Positions 48,427-57,796 of a stretch of DNA of 64,000 bases are shown piece by piece (position 1 is the first letter of the stretch; every line of letters starts with the position of its first letter). Under the pieces are notes generated by a model. It did no database searches and was not told the DNA's origin. It worked only from the letters and a program-made list of their open reading frames with translations. This DNA comes from Negativicutes bacterium. Lineage in GTDB: Bacteria > Bacillota > JAAYKD01. Position numbers and translations under genes: made by a program. Location of the stretch: the NCBI GenBank assembly GCA_021372785.1, contig JAJFTT010000036.1:28355-92354 (forward strand). Direction: 5' to 3'.

Positions 48427-50100
48427 TTACTTTGATTTACTTTGATTCGTCTGCGGCAGCAGCTTGTATACTTCCGTCAGTGTTGTCTCACCATGAAAAC
48501 ACTTTTCCAAAGCATCCAGATAAATCGGCAACATGCCGGCTCGGCGGGAAGCTGCTCTCAAGGTTGTGATATCCGCTTTCCTCAGCGTCAATGCCCGTAA
48601 TTCATCCGTATAAGCCAGCAATTCAAATACACCGGTCCGGCCGATATAACCTGTGCCGCTACACTTGCTGCAGCCGGTCGCTTCCTGAATCAATCTCGGG
48701 GGCAGTTCCCTGCCCGCTGGCAGCAGATGGGCATAGGCACTGCTTTCAGCAGCTGTAAAGACAGAACAATATGGACATGCCAAACGAACCAAGCGCTGCG
48801 ATAAGATGCCGATCACTGTGGAAGCGATCAGATATGGCTCCAATCCCATTTCCAACAGCCGGGTAATGGCTCCCGGCGCATCGTTGGTGTGCAGGGTGCT
48901 GAAGACCAAATGACCGGTTAAAGCAGCTTGCAGGGCAGCCTCCGCCGTCTCTGTGTCTCTGATTTCTCCGACCAAGATAATATTGGGATCTTGACGCAAG
49001 ACAGACCGCAGACCGCGGGCGAACCCAAATTCAATTTTCGGATTGACTTGTACCTGATTGATGCCGGCCAGGCGATATTCTACCGGATCCTCAATGCTGA
49101 CAATGTTGTTTTTTTCACGATCCAGCTGCTGCAGGGTAGTGTAAAGAGTTGTTGTCTTCCCACAAGCAGTGGGCCCGCAAACCAGAATGATGCCGTGAGC
49201 GGCCCGGATTAATTTCTGAAAGGTGACTGTCACCTGAGCCGACATGCCGAGCTGCTGAAAATTACTGGAGAGGAACTCTCGCCGCAGGAGCCGCACAACT
49301 GCCTTTTCACCATGAATTAAAGGTAAAGTGGAAAGGCGCATATCAATTTCTTCCATATGAATGAATCGGCTAAACTGCCCATCCTGCGGCAGCCTGCGTT
49401 CTGCAATATTCAACCCGGCCCATAATTTTAACCTGGAAAGAAAAATATATTTATATTGCTCGGCATAGAGACGATGGATATGCAGTTCCCCGTCAACCCG
49501 AAAACGAATGCGCAGTCCCTTTTCCAATGGTTCAAAATGAATATCGGTTGCCCGTTCGTTGACGGCAGCCAAAAAAATAGCTGTCAATTCATCCTGTTCT
49601 GAATCGGCTGTTGAAAAAGCGGCAGTCGATGCTTGACTTTCAGCGTTTCGCTCAAAAAGCAACGCCGGTGCAGCCTGCTGATATAACTGCTGATAGATTC
49701 GCTGCCAATCCTGGCGGGCAATTAAAATCGCCGATACCTGCAGATTGTAACTAAATTGGATCGTCTGAAAAATCTGTAAATTGAATGGATCATCAACCGC
49801 GATTTTCAGAACATTACCTTGCAAAGCAAGCGGCAAACAAATCCATTTTGCCGCCATATCCGCATCAATCCAGCGTGCCAGTTTCTCATCGGCAAGAAAA
49901 TCGCGAAAATAAAACATTTCCAGATGCAGACTCTGGCTGTAGAGTTGTTTGAGGTCTTCTTCTTTCAGTTTCAGCGCCTGCAGCAGATACTGCGTAACGG
50001 AACGGCCCTGCTTCTGCGTATCGATTAAATCCTGATGAAACTGTTCGGTCAGCGGGTAGCGGGTCAATAAAAAAGAGAAAAGAGTATCGATTGAAAACAT
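48427..50100 (-). CDS. pilB: Type IV pilus assembly ATPase (GspE/PilB family)
   Basis: Ribosome-binding site AGGAGGG before MFSIDT. Walker A GPTACGKTT, Asp box, His box and the tetracysteine CPYC...CSKC. Confidence 0.85.
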   Translation of the reverse strand: MFSIDTLFSFLLTRYPLTEQFHQDLIDTQKQGRSVTQYLLQALKLKEEDLKQLYSQSLHLEMFYFRDFLADEKLARWIDADMAAKWICLPLALQGNVLKIAVDDPFNLQIFQTIQFSYNLQVSAILIARQDWQRIYQQLYQQAAPALLFERNAESQASTAAFSTADSEQDELTAIFLAAVNERATDIHFEPLEKGLRIRFRVDGELHIHRLYAEQYKYIFLSRLKLWAGLNIAERRLPQDGQFSRFIHMEEIDMRLSTLPLIHGEKAVVRLLRREFLSSNFQQLGMSAQVTVTFQKLIRAAHGIILVCGPTACGKTTTLYTTLQQLDREKNNIVSIEDPVEYRLAGINQVQVNPKIEFGFARGLRSVLRQDPNIILVGEIRDTETAEAALQAALTGHLVFSTLHTNDAPGAITRLLEMGLEPYLIASTVIGILSQRLVRLACPYCSVFTAAESSAYAHLLPAGRELPPRLIQEATGCSKCSGTGYIGRTGVFELLAYTDELRALTLRKADITTLRAASRRAGMLPIYLDALEKCFHGETTLTEVYKLLPQTNQSKSK

Positions 50101-50122
50101 ACTCTTCCCTCCTGTCGGCAAT

Positions 50123-50500
50123 TTAGATTTTTGGCTTTTTTACTTTTTTCAGAGGTAGGTCGCTGCTTTTCCCCTCGGTTTTCTGATTCACTTTCGGCTT
50201 TTTATCTTCTTTTTTATCTGCCTGCCGATCGCCGATCCGGCTGAATTTACCGGGTTCCCTGGGCATGAACAACAGCATGACGCCAATGGCCAGTGTTTGA
50301 ACCGCCACCGGCCCCCAGGCGGCATTGATCCAGGCTTTCTCAACCAGATAGGTGCTGACAATATTCACCAGCAAGGTGGAAAGGAACATGCCGCCAAACC
50401 AATAAATCCAAGAAGTCATTGGCTTAACGTATTTCCGAAACAAAAGGTTAATGCCGATAGAACCTACCAGCATAATAGAAATTTGTGTGATTGCGTCCAT
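50123..50500 (-). CDS. Small membrane protein with a Lys-rich C-terminal tail (hypothetical)
   Basis: About 125 aa from MDAITQISIMLVG, with 3 TM. The start could be as early as 50626. Confidence 0.4.
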   Translation of the reverse strand: MDAITQISIMLVGSIGINLLFRKYVKPMTSWIYWFGGMFLSTLLVNIVSTYLVEKAWINAAWGPVAVQTLAIGVMLLFMPREPGKFSRIGDRQADKKEDKKPKVNQKTEGKSSDLPLKKVKKPKI

Positions 50501-50639
50501 GCGATTCCATCCTTTCAATTGATGCTTCACTCTATACGAAGCAGACTCTTGGCACGTGCTGCAAATTTGTGGAATTACATTCGGAATAATTTCTATTTCG
50601 GCATTCCCCCCTCCTCTTCCTTCCATCTTTGGGATTAAA

Positions 50640-51540
50640 TTGTTATATATTTTTATTTATTTTTTTTGCAAGTAAGGGAACGCAGGTTACTGAACTCCGG
50701 TCTTTCCAGGCGTTCCGCTCAACCGGCATTACCCTAGATACGTAAGTAAACCATTGTTCAGAAGATTCGACGGCTTCCACAAACGCCGCTGAGTTGAGAA
50801 CCTTGCAGCGGACTGTCTTTGGCCGGGCACTGTCTGCGGTAGTGCAGGCCAAAGCAAGTTTTGAATCGCCCCTTGCTGCGAACGATACAACAAAGTCCAT
50901 TATACAGAATCTCCGCGAAAAAGCAATCTGCCCTGCAAGATTTCTCGTTCCACTCTCTTCCGCGCGCAAAACGGCCTCCTGGCGGACTCAGCCTGCATTT
51001 GGCTGCTGTTGGTGCGGTAACCTTGCTTCCTTACCGTTGGAAAAGCCTTTTCACCCAGAGAGTACCCGCCCTGCAATCTGCCAGACGACGAAAAGCAAGC
51101 GATGATTACCGCCTCAAAACAACTCTGAGCGCTTGCAGCATTTCTGTCCCGCATATTGATTGCTTTGATTAAAACAGAGAACACTACTCTTTCCTGACGG
51201 CAGAGCGGGAGGGGCGGTTGCCGCGGACAGTCCGGTCCAAATCTGCAATGGCAGACAGCCGGCAGCACATATACCGTGAAAAAATGGTTTTTCAGGCGGC
51301 TTCAGCATGCTGCCGCCGCTGATACCGGTTGTTGCAGCGGCAAAGGCTTGCTTGCGACGGATAGCGCAACCGAATCAAGCCGAATTGATTGAGCATGTAA
51401 AAAAGTCTTCTCTTTGTCGGCACAAACTTCTTTCCCGAAAGGGTTTTGTGCTGCTAAAGTGAAATAGAAAGCAATGCAGTGTAATCCGGCTGACATTTTT
51501 TTCTGCTGCTGCGGCAAAAAAAAAAAAAAACAAAGGAGTG
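50640..51540. other. Roughly 900 nt ORF-free, hairpin-rich region: candidate large structured RNA or long leader. Strand undetermined.
   Basis: No ORF with a protein-like composition in any frame. Nested and long-range helices (for example CTTTGGCC...GGCCAAAG, GGCGGC...GCCGCC, CCC-GAAA-GGG). It ends in an A15 tract 10 nt before the ABC transporter ribosome-binding site. Confidence 0.4.
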
Positions 51541-51546
51541 AACTCA

Positions 51547-52260
51547 GTGCTGCGCATTGAACAATTGACTAAAATATACAAAGGCGGCAAAAAAGCAGTG
51601 GACAATCTCAGCTTACACGTGGAAGCGGGTGATATCTATGGTTTTATCGGTCATAACGGCGCCGGCAAGACCACGACATTGCGGGCCTGTGCCGGAATTA
51701 TTGAATTTGATCTGGGCAGGATCATGATCAACGGTCATTCCATTGTGGATGAGCCGGTGCTCTGTAAACAGCAAATGGCTTTTATTCCGGACAATCCGGA
51801 TCTTTATCAATACCTGACCGGCATCCAATACCTAAATTTTATCAGTGATATCTATGCTGTCAGCCAGGAAGAGCGGGAACTGCGCATCAACAATTACAGC
51901 CGGCGTCTGGAGCTATATTCTAACTTAGGTGATTTGATCTCTTCTTACTCCCATGGTATGAAACAAAAATTAGCTGTGATTGCGGCTTTGTCGCACAAAC
52001 CAAAGCTCTTGCTCCTGGACGAGCCTTTTGTTGGTCTCGATCCCAGCGCTTCCTTTATGCTGAAAACAATCATGCAGGAAATCTGTGCCGAAGGCAGCGC
52101 CATTTTTTTCTCCACTCATGTTCTGGAAGTGGCTGAAAAACTCTGTAATAAAATAGCCATCATTAAAGACGGCAAACTGATTCGCTCCGGAACGATTGCA
52201 GAAGTGCGCGGCGATGAAAGTCTGGAAACCGTTTTCCTGGAGTTGATTGAACATGAATAA
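51547..52260 (+). CDS. ABC transporter ATP-binding protein (ABC-2 subfamily)
   Basis: GTG start with an AAGGAG ribosome-binding site 8 nt upstream. Walker A GHNGAGKTT, signature YSHGMKQKL, Walker B LLLLDEPFVGLD. Confidence 0.85.
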   Translation: MLRIEQLTKIYKGGKKAVDNLSLHVEAGDIYGFIGHNGAGKTTTLRACAGIIEFDLGRIMINGHSIVDEPVLCKQQMAFIPDNPDLYQYLTGIQYLNFISDIYAVSQEERELRINNYSRRLELYSNLGDLISSYSHGMKQKLAVIAALSHKPKLLLLDEPFVGLDPSASFMLKTIMQEICAEGSAIFFSTHVLEVAEKLCNKIAIIKDGKLIRSGTIAEVRGDESLETVFLELIEHE

Positions 52261-53857
52261 CATCCTGTCCCTGGTAAAACTTTATTATACCGGTGTCTTC
52301 GGCATTAATAAAGTGCTTCACAGCAAAGACAAAAAAGAAAAACGCAATGCCCTCGCTAAGTCGGGTATGATTCTATTCACTATGGTAATCATGATCGTCT
52401 ATGTGTTTACCTATTGCTTCGGCATCGCGGACAGTTACGGTGTGATCGCCGGTTATCAGGTCATCCTTGCCATGATGATGGCAATGACCAGCGTAATGTG
52501 TTTCATCAATACCGCGCTGAAAGGCAGCGGAATGCTGTTTCGTTCTCAGGATGACGATCTTTTGACCTCTCTGCCGATTCCCTTCAGCCAATTGATCGCA
52601 GCCAAACTGATTAACCTTTATTTGTACAATCTGTTTTTTTCCGCCTTCCTCATGATTCCGGCTGTGATTGTCTACAGCCTGCGGGTTGCCGTCGGCTTGC
52701 CGTTCCTGCTTTTTTCAAGCGTTGGTATTCTTTGCATACCAGTCCTGCCGATGATAACCGCCAGCGGCGCCAGTATTTTAATCGAGCTCTTTTCCAGCCG
52801 ATTTCGTTATAAAAATCTGCTCAATCTGGTTCTGACCTTTGCTTTTGTCAGCCTGATCATGCTGGGCTCTTTCTCGCTGGAATCAATGAGCATGGAGAAA
52901 ATCATCACTTTGGCTGATTTTATCATGCAGAAAATCTATGCGCTTTATCCCCTGACCAAACTATTTACCTTGGCTGTCATCCATGGCAATACGCTGTATC
53001 TGCTGGCCTTTCTGCTCTCCGCCCTGCTGCCGTTTGCTGCCTTCTCTTGGCTGACGGCCCGCTATCACAACAAGATCAAGGAATTCCTGACACCAATCAG
53101 CCGCCATACCGAATACCGTGATCAAACGCTGCAATCCTCTTCTGTGCTGAAGGCGCTTTATCGCAAGGATTTGAAATACTACTTTTCCTGTAATATCTAT
53201 GTGTTCAATACAATTTTTGCTTCAATTATGATGGTTGGTGCGGCGGTTTATCTCTATCTGCAGCGGACGCAAATTCTCTTAAGCTTAGCTCTTACCCCGC
53301 AGCTGATCGACGGTCTCTACGCCTTCGTTCCCATCGCAATCTGTGCCTTCATCGCGATGGCCTGCACGACCTCGGTAGCGCTTTCCTTAGAAGGACCGAT
53401 GTATCCTTTATTAAAAAGCTTACCGCTGCAGCCAATTCGGGTCTATCTCAGTAAAATTTTGGTTAATTTAACGATCACGCTTCCGGCTGTGCTGATCGCT
53501 GTGCCCCTGGTGGCCCTGGCAGTCAGACTATCCCTCTTTCACATCGTGATGAGTTTGCTCATCCCCTGTCTGTTTGCCTTTTTCATGGCGCAGCTGGGTA
53601 TCCTCGTCAATTTGTCTTTCCCGAAATTCGATTGGACCAGCGAAGTCGTCATGGTCAAGCAAAGTTTGAATGTGATCGTGGCGATGCTGCTGAACTTCCT
53701 GACGCTGGCGGCCATGGCGGTCCCTTTGCTGAAAACAGCTTCTAACCTGCATCCAACCTTGCTGCTCGTTGATGCCGGTCTGCTTGTTTTACTCAACGGC
53801 GTCCTCTTTCGCGTTCTGCAGGGCTGGGGCAGCAAGCTGTTTTACCAAATCGGCTAA
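52247..53857 (+). CDS. Large polytopic ABC-2-type permease (putative exporter)
   Basis: 536 aa with at least 12 TM. Its start overlaps the ATPase stop. No cleavable signal peptide. Confidence 0.7.
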   Translation: MNMNNILSLVKLYYTGVFGINKVLHSKDKKEKRNALAKSGMILFTMVIMIVYVFTYCFGIADSYGVIAGYQVILAMMMAMTSVMCFINTALKGSGMLFRSQDDDLLTSLPIPFSQLIAAKLINLYLYNLFFSAFLMIPAVIVYSLRVAVGLPFLLFSSVGILCIPVLPMITASGASILIELFSSRFRYKNLLNLVLTFAFVSLIMLGSFSLESMSMEKIITLADFIMQKIYALYPLTKLFTLAVIHGNTLYLLAFLLSALLPFAAFSWLTARYHNKIKEFLTPISRHTEYRDQTLQSSSVLKALYRKDLKYYFSCNIYVFNTIFASIMMVGAAVYLYLQRTQILLSLALTPQLIDGLYAFVPIAICAFIAMACTTSVALSLEGPMYPLLKSLPLQPIRVYLSKILVNLTITLPAVLIAVPLVALAVRLSLFHIVMSLLIPCLFAFFMAQLGILVNLSFPKFDWTSEVVMVKQSLNVIVAMLLNFLTLAAMAVPLLKTASNLHPTLLLVDAGLLVLLNGVLFRVLQGWGSKLFYQIG

Positions 53858-53964
53858 GCCCAAAAAGGGATACAGAGCCGGCTTCCTCGAAAACAAGTGA
53901 GTGTGTGAGATGGAAACACTTGCTTCAGCCTGACGAAGCGAATCAGTTGATTCTCCGCCAAAAG

Positions 53965-54048
53965 CAGAAAACCCGGGGTATGCTGCCGGCGCGTCTGCCG
54001 CCCTACAGGCAGCAGGCAGACAGAAGCTTGTCCCGGGTTTCTTTCGTT
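53965..54048. terminator. Bidirectional terminator between the ABC permease gene and the U32 peptidase gene
   Basis: Long hairpin AAAACCCGGG...CCCGGGUUUCUUUCG with a G/C-rich stem. T-tracts are appropriate on both strands. Confidence 0.55.
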
Positions 54049-54060
54049 TGAACATGGATT

Positions 54061-55275
54061 TTACGATTTCAGCAAACGGAGGAGGCTATTGACCGGAACC
54101 GGCTGCACCATCGGTAAGAACACCATCATCTGAGCGTGCGGCGCCGTCGTGATCGGCTGACCTTGCTGATTCAGCAAATCTTTGGCGATGATTTCCAGCC
54201 GCTGCATGTCCGGCAGCAAAATTTCCAGTCTGTCCCCTGCTGAAAAATGGTTTCTTTGCTCCAGCCAGACGCCCTGTTCCGTTCTTTTGCGCACGATACC
54301 AACGAAGTCGATCGCGCGCTGCAGCGGTTCCCCCGTATAACTTTGCGCTTCGGCGCCCGGTTTGCCAAAATAGAAACCGGTCGTGAAGGCTCTCGTGCCG
54401 GTTTTTTCAATTTCCTGCAGCCATTGCGGATCGTATCGATAATGCTCCGGATCGGCGCAATAAAGATCGATGGCGCGGCGATAAACACCTGTTACAGTCG
54501 CCACATAGTGCAAACTCTTCATTCTGCCTTCGATTTTCAGGCCATGCACACCGCTGTGGATTAATTCCGGCAGATGTTCAATCATGCAAAGGTCACGGGA
54601 ATAAAAAATTGTTGTACCGTTCTCATCCTGATTGACCGGAAAGTATTCCCCGGGACGCTTTGCTTCCAGCAGATGATAACGCCAGCGGCAAGGTTGTGTA
54701 CAGTCACCGGTATTGGCGTTACGGCCGGTCAGAAAATTGGAAATCAGACAACGTCCGGAATAAGACATACACATGGCGCCATGCACAAAACACTCTATCT
54801 CGGCACTGCAGTTTTGCCGAATGACAGCGATTTCCTGCAACGAGAGCTCCCGTGCTAAAATCAAGCGGGAAAAGCCCTGCTGCTGCCAGAACTGCGCGCT
54901 GCGATAATTGACGGTATTGGCTTGCGTACTGAGATGATAAGCGGTATGGGGAGCGAATTGTTTGGCGATTTGCAGCACACCGGGATCGGAAATGATCAGA
55001 GCATCCACTCCAAGACTCTCGAGCTGCTGCAGATAGGCCGGTAAATCGTCAAGCGCTTCGTTGTGCGGCATGCTGTTGACCGTGATATAAATACGCTTGT
55101 TTAAGCGATGTGCCAGGCGGACGGCTTCCGTCAGCTCTTCCGCACTGAAATTGCCGGAGCGTTCCCGCAGACCGTAACGCATTCCGCCGCAATAACAGGC
55201 ATCCGCGCCAAAAGCAAAGGCGATTTTCATTTTCTCCAGATCGCCGGCCGGAGCCAGCAATTCGGGTTTCTGCAT
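54061..55275 (-). CDS. Peptidase U32 family protein (collagenase-like, YrrN/YrrO type)
   Basis: About 405 aa from MQKPELLAPAGDLEKMK. The U32 signature E-x-F-x-2-G-[SA]-[LIVM]-C-x-4-G-x-C is present as ECFVHGAMCMSYSGRC. Confidence 0.85.
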   Translation of the reverse strand: MQKPELLAPAGDLEKMKIAFAFGADACYCGGMRYGLRERSGNFSAEELTEAVRLAHRLNKRIYITVNSMPHNEALDDLPAYLQQLESLGVDALIISDPGVLQIAKQFAPHTAYHLSTQANTVNYRSAQFWQQQGFSRLILARELSLQEIAVIRQNCSAEIECFVHGAMCMSYSGRCLISNFLTGRNANTGDCTQPCRWRYHLLEAKRPGEYFPVNQDENGTTIFYSRDLCMIEHLPELIHSGVHGLKIEGRMKSLHYVATVTGVYRRAIDLYCADPEHYRYDPQWLQEIEKTGTRAFTTGFYFGKPGAEAQSYTGEPLQRAIDFVGIVRKRTEQGVWLEQRNHFSAGDRLEILLPDMQRLEIIAKDLLNQQGQPITTAPHAQMMVFLPMVQPVPVNSLLRLLKS

Positions 55276-55282
55276 GGAATGA

Positions 55283-56281
55283 TCACTCCCCGTAGATTTT
55301 ATTCGTCCAGTATTGGTGTTCTTCGTAGGTTTTGCTGAAATGATGTTTACCGTCGGTATCCGCGACAAAATAATAATAATCACTGACTGCCGGATGCAAC
55401 ACCGCTTCAATGGCAGCGAGACCCGGATTCGCCACCGGCCCCGGCGGTAAACCGCTATACAGGTAGGTATTATAAGGCGAATCGATTTCAGTATCGGCGA
55501 TACTGAGAACATCCTTATGCTCTTTCAGGATATACTGCACCGTAGCGCAGGATTGCAAAGGCATATCGATGGCCAGACGATTGAAAAAGACGCTGGCAAC
55601 CAACGCGCGCTCTTCTGCATCTTGCGATTCTTTTTCAATGATGGAAGCCAGGGTAATAATCTCATCGCGGTTGAGCGGGCAGTCCGCTGGAATCACGACT
55701 TCCTGCATGACTTTATCGAATTGCGCCCGCAATAAATCGATGATGTCTGCCGCAGTCATATATTTCGCCAAATAATAAGTTTCCGGATAAAGATAACCTT
55801 CCAATTCATAGATGACCTCCGGCGAGGCATCCGTCCGATGATAGGTCGGGATGGCATCCAGAAACTGAGTCTTTGTCACCACACCGGTCTTCTCTACCAG
55901 GACAGCCACTTCATCGATGGTGGTTCCCTCGGGAATCGTCAGAGCGTAGGCATTCAAGATCATATCTCCCGTCACTATTTTATTGAGGATGGTATTGGCC
56001 GACATGTCAGCCCTGATTTCATAACTCCCTGCTCTGATACGGCTGCTTTTTCCGCTCAAATGGGCATGGATGGTAAAAGCAGTGCTGCTGCGAATCAAAT
56101 CAGCATTTTTCAAAGCCGCCGCGATCTCACGGACGGTATCCTGCGGCTTTACTTCAAAGACCTCTTCTGTCGCATTGTTGCTGGGTGAAAGCAAAAATCC
56201 AAAGATTCCAAATAACAAGAGCAAGAAAATCAAGAGCGAAAAAATCGCCCTGTTTCTTTTTCGATCGGCAGCAAATTTCAT
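55283..56281 (-). CDS. mltG: Endolytic murein transglycosylase MltG (YceG family)
   Basis: 332 aa. N-terminal TM followed by a YceG-like domain (DTDGKHHFSKTYEEH). Confidence 0.85.
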   Translation of the reverse strand: MKFAADRKRNRAIFSLLIFLLLLFGIFGFLLSPSNNATEEVFEVKPQDTVREIAAALKNADLIRSSTAFTIHAHLSGKSSRIRAGSYEIRADMSANTILNKIVTGDMILNAYALTIPEGTTIDEVAVLVEKTGVVTKTQFLDAIPTYHRTDASPEVIYELEGYLYPETYYLAKYMTAADIIDLLRAQFDKVMQEVVIPADCPLNRDEIITLASIIEKESQDAEERALVASVFFNRLAIDMPLQSCATVQYILKEHKDVLSIADTEIDSPYNTYLYSGLPPGPVANPGLAAIEAVLHPAVSDYYYFVADTDGKHHFSKTYEEHQYWTNKIYGE

Positions 56282-56436
56282 TTTTCCACGTTCCTTATCC
56301 TTGCAGTATCGGTAACAGTTTTTAATTGCACAGTGAGCGTCCGGAATCCTCTATTCTTTGTAAAATCATACGAAGAAAAACCCGATTTGCATGATAATTC
56401 ATACAAACCGGGTTCCCGCCAGCCATTGACCGAAGA

Positions 56437-56856
56437 TTATTTCTTCTCTTCTTCTTCGTCTTCTTCTTCTTCGTCTTCTTCTTCGTCTTCTTCTTCGTCT
56501 TCTTCTTCGTCTTCTTCTTCTTCGTCTTCTTCGGCAACTAATTCTTCCCAGGCAGCGACCACTTTGTTCCATTCGTCTTCATCGGTAATATCAACCAGGA
56601 CGTCTTCGTCGTTTTCGTCGGTTTCAATACGAAGGATCACTGCTTCATCATCATCGTCACTTTCCAACGGGAAAAGAACAGCATATTCCTGTTCTTCGAT
56701 TTCAATGATTTCCACCAATTCAAATTCGTGTTCTTCGCCGTCATCGTCGACTAACGTAACAACTTCCATATCTTCGTCTTCGTGTTCGCAATTGCATCCA
56801 GCTTCTTCACAGCCGCAGGAGCAAGCAGGTTTTTTCTCATCGGGCATTTTGTGCAC
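56437..56856 (-). CDS. DUF1292-family acidic protein (YrzB-like) with a Cys-rich N-terminus and a poly-acidic tail
   Basis: 139 aa. CSCGCEEAGCNCEHEDED, then a DUF1292 core (VTLVDDDGEEHEFELVEIIE), then an (EEEDE)n tail. It sits downstream of ruvX. Confidence 0.7.
   Translation of the reverse strand: MHKMPDEKKPACSCGCEEAGCNCEHEDEDMEVVTLVDDDGEEHEFELVEIIEIEEQEYAVLFPLESDDDDEAVILRIETDENDEDVLVDITDEDEWNKVVAAWEELVAEEDEEEEDEEEDEEEDEEEDEEEEDEEEEKK
56444..56533. repeat. 9 bp microsatellite (TCTTCTTCG) of about 9 units, encoding the acidic tail of the DUF1292 protein
   Basis: A directly visible tandem array. The plus-strand poly-Ser ORF is its mirror artefact. Confidence 0.8.
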
Positions 56857-56999
56857 CTTCCATTTCTGAATTTTTTTGTAAATTTCAACTTCACTTTAAT
56901 CGGCAAAGTAAAACAGTAGATTTCTATTTTGAGCTTTACTGACTGCATCATTTTACCATAGTAAATTCAGGTTGTCAATGCAAAAAAACCGCTGATCGA

Positions 57000-57419
57000 C
57001 TAAAGTGAGTCCATATAGGACTGCAAGATCAGCGCGGCAGCCAGCTTATCAATTACCTGCTTGCGTTTTTTGCGGGAGACATCGGCGGAAATCAAAAATT
57101 GCCGGGCGCTCTTGGTGGTCAATCGTTCGTCCCAAAAAAGCACGGGCAGAGCAAACCTTTCCGCCAGCTGCGCAGCAAATTCCTGGGTGAACACGCCTTG
57201 CGGTCCGATGCTGTTATCCATATTTTTGGGCAGACCTACCACAAACGCCGTGACGGCAAACTGCTCAACCAGTTCCTGCAGACGCTTAAAATCCTGTTCC
57301 GGGTCGCTGCGGCGGATGACTTCCACCCCTTGCGCCGTAATCCCCAGTAAGTCGGATACTGCCACGCCAATCGTGTGGCTGCCAACGTCAAGACCCATCA
57401 AACGATTTGCAAAGGTCAT
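57000..57419 (-). CDS. ruvX: Putative pre-16S rRNA nuclease / Holliday-junction-resolvase-like RuvX (YqgF)
   Basis: 139 aa. [17 protein letters not shown] ... [14 protein letters not shown] ... DERLTT. Confidence 0.85.
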   Translation of the reverse strand: MTFANRLMGLDVGSHTIGVAVSDLLGITAQGVEVIRRSDPEQDFKRLQELVEQFAVTAFVVGLPKNMDNSIGPQGVFTQEFAAQLAERFALPVLFWDERLTTKSARQFLISADVSRKKRKQVIDKLAAALILQSYMDSL

Positions 57420-57709
57420 ACTTTCTCATTGTCCTCCGGTGAGTCCAATGGTTTTTGTTTTAAATAGAAGCGTACCAATTCCTCCAAAACCTCATCCCGG
57501 TTGACGGTTCGGATTAAATTTCTGGCGCCTTTATGGCTCGTGATATAGGCCGGATCACCGGAAAGAATATAACCAACAATTTGATCAATTGGATTATAAT
57601 TTTTTTCCTTTAAAGCCTGATTTACCTCGGCTAAAATAGTGTGAATGCTTTTTTCTTCATTCTCCATTCCTTTGAAGCGCATGGTTTGATTATGAATGTC
57701 ACTCATTGT
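57416..57709 (-). CDS. ireB: UPF0297 protein IreB/YrzL
   Basis: About 97 aa from [46 protein letters not shown] is conserved across Firmicutes. Confidence 0.75.
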   Translation of the reverse strand, partial: TMSDIHNQTMRFKGMENEEKSIHTILAEVNQALKEKNYNPIDQIVGYILSGDPAYITSHKGARNLIRTVNRDEVLEELVRFYLKQKPLDSPEDNEKV

Positions 57710-57796
57710 ATCAACCTCCCCTTCTTTCGTTTCGCTTTTGCAAGGCGCGATTCCTCTTGAATCCAATTGAGCTAGAAATGAAATTTCAGCCTAGCC

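Noticed and set aside
50640-51540. RNase P RNA, tmRNA, SRP RNA or 6S RNA in the large non-coding region
   Set aside because: Short look-alikes exist: CGGACAGUCCGGUCC versus the P4 strand GGAAAGUCCGGGCUCC, GAGAGUGGAACG as in B. subtilis RNase P, and AGCAGCCAAAUGCAGG versus the SRP sequence AGCAGCCAAGGCAG. They occur in the wrong order or spacing, and the partner strands are missing. I judged them coincidental and left the region unclassified.
56333-56869. A 178 aa plus-strand ORF with a poly-Ser run of more than 40 residues
   Set aside because: It is the antisense reading of the (GAAGAAGAC)n codon repeat that encodes the acidic tail of the minus-strand DUF1292 gene. It has no ribosome-binding site and a low-complexity composition.
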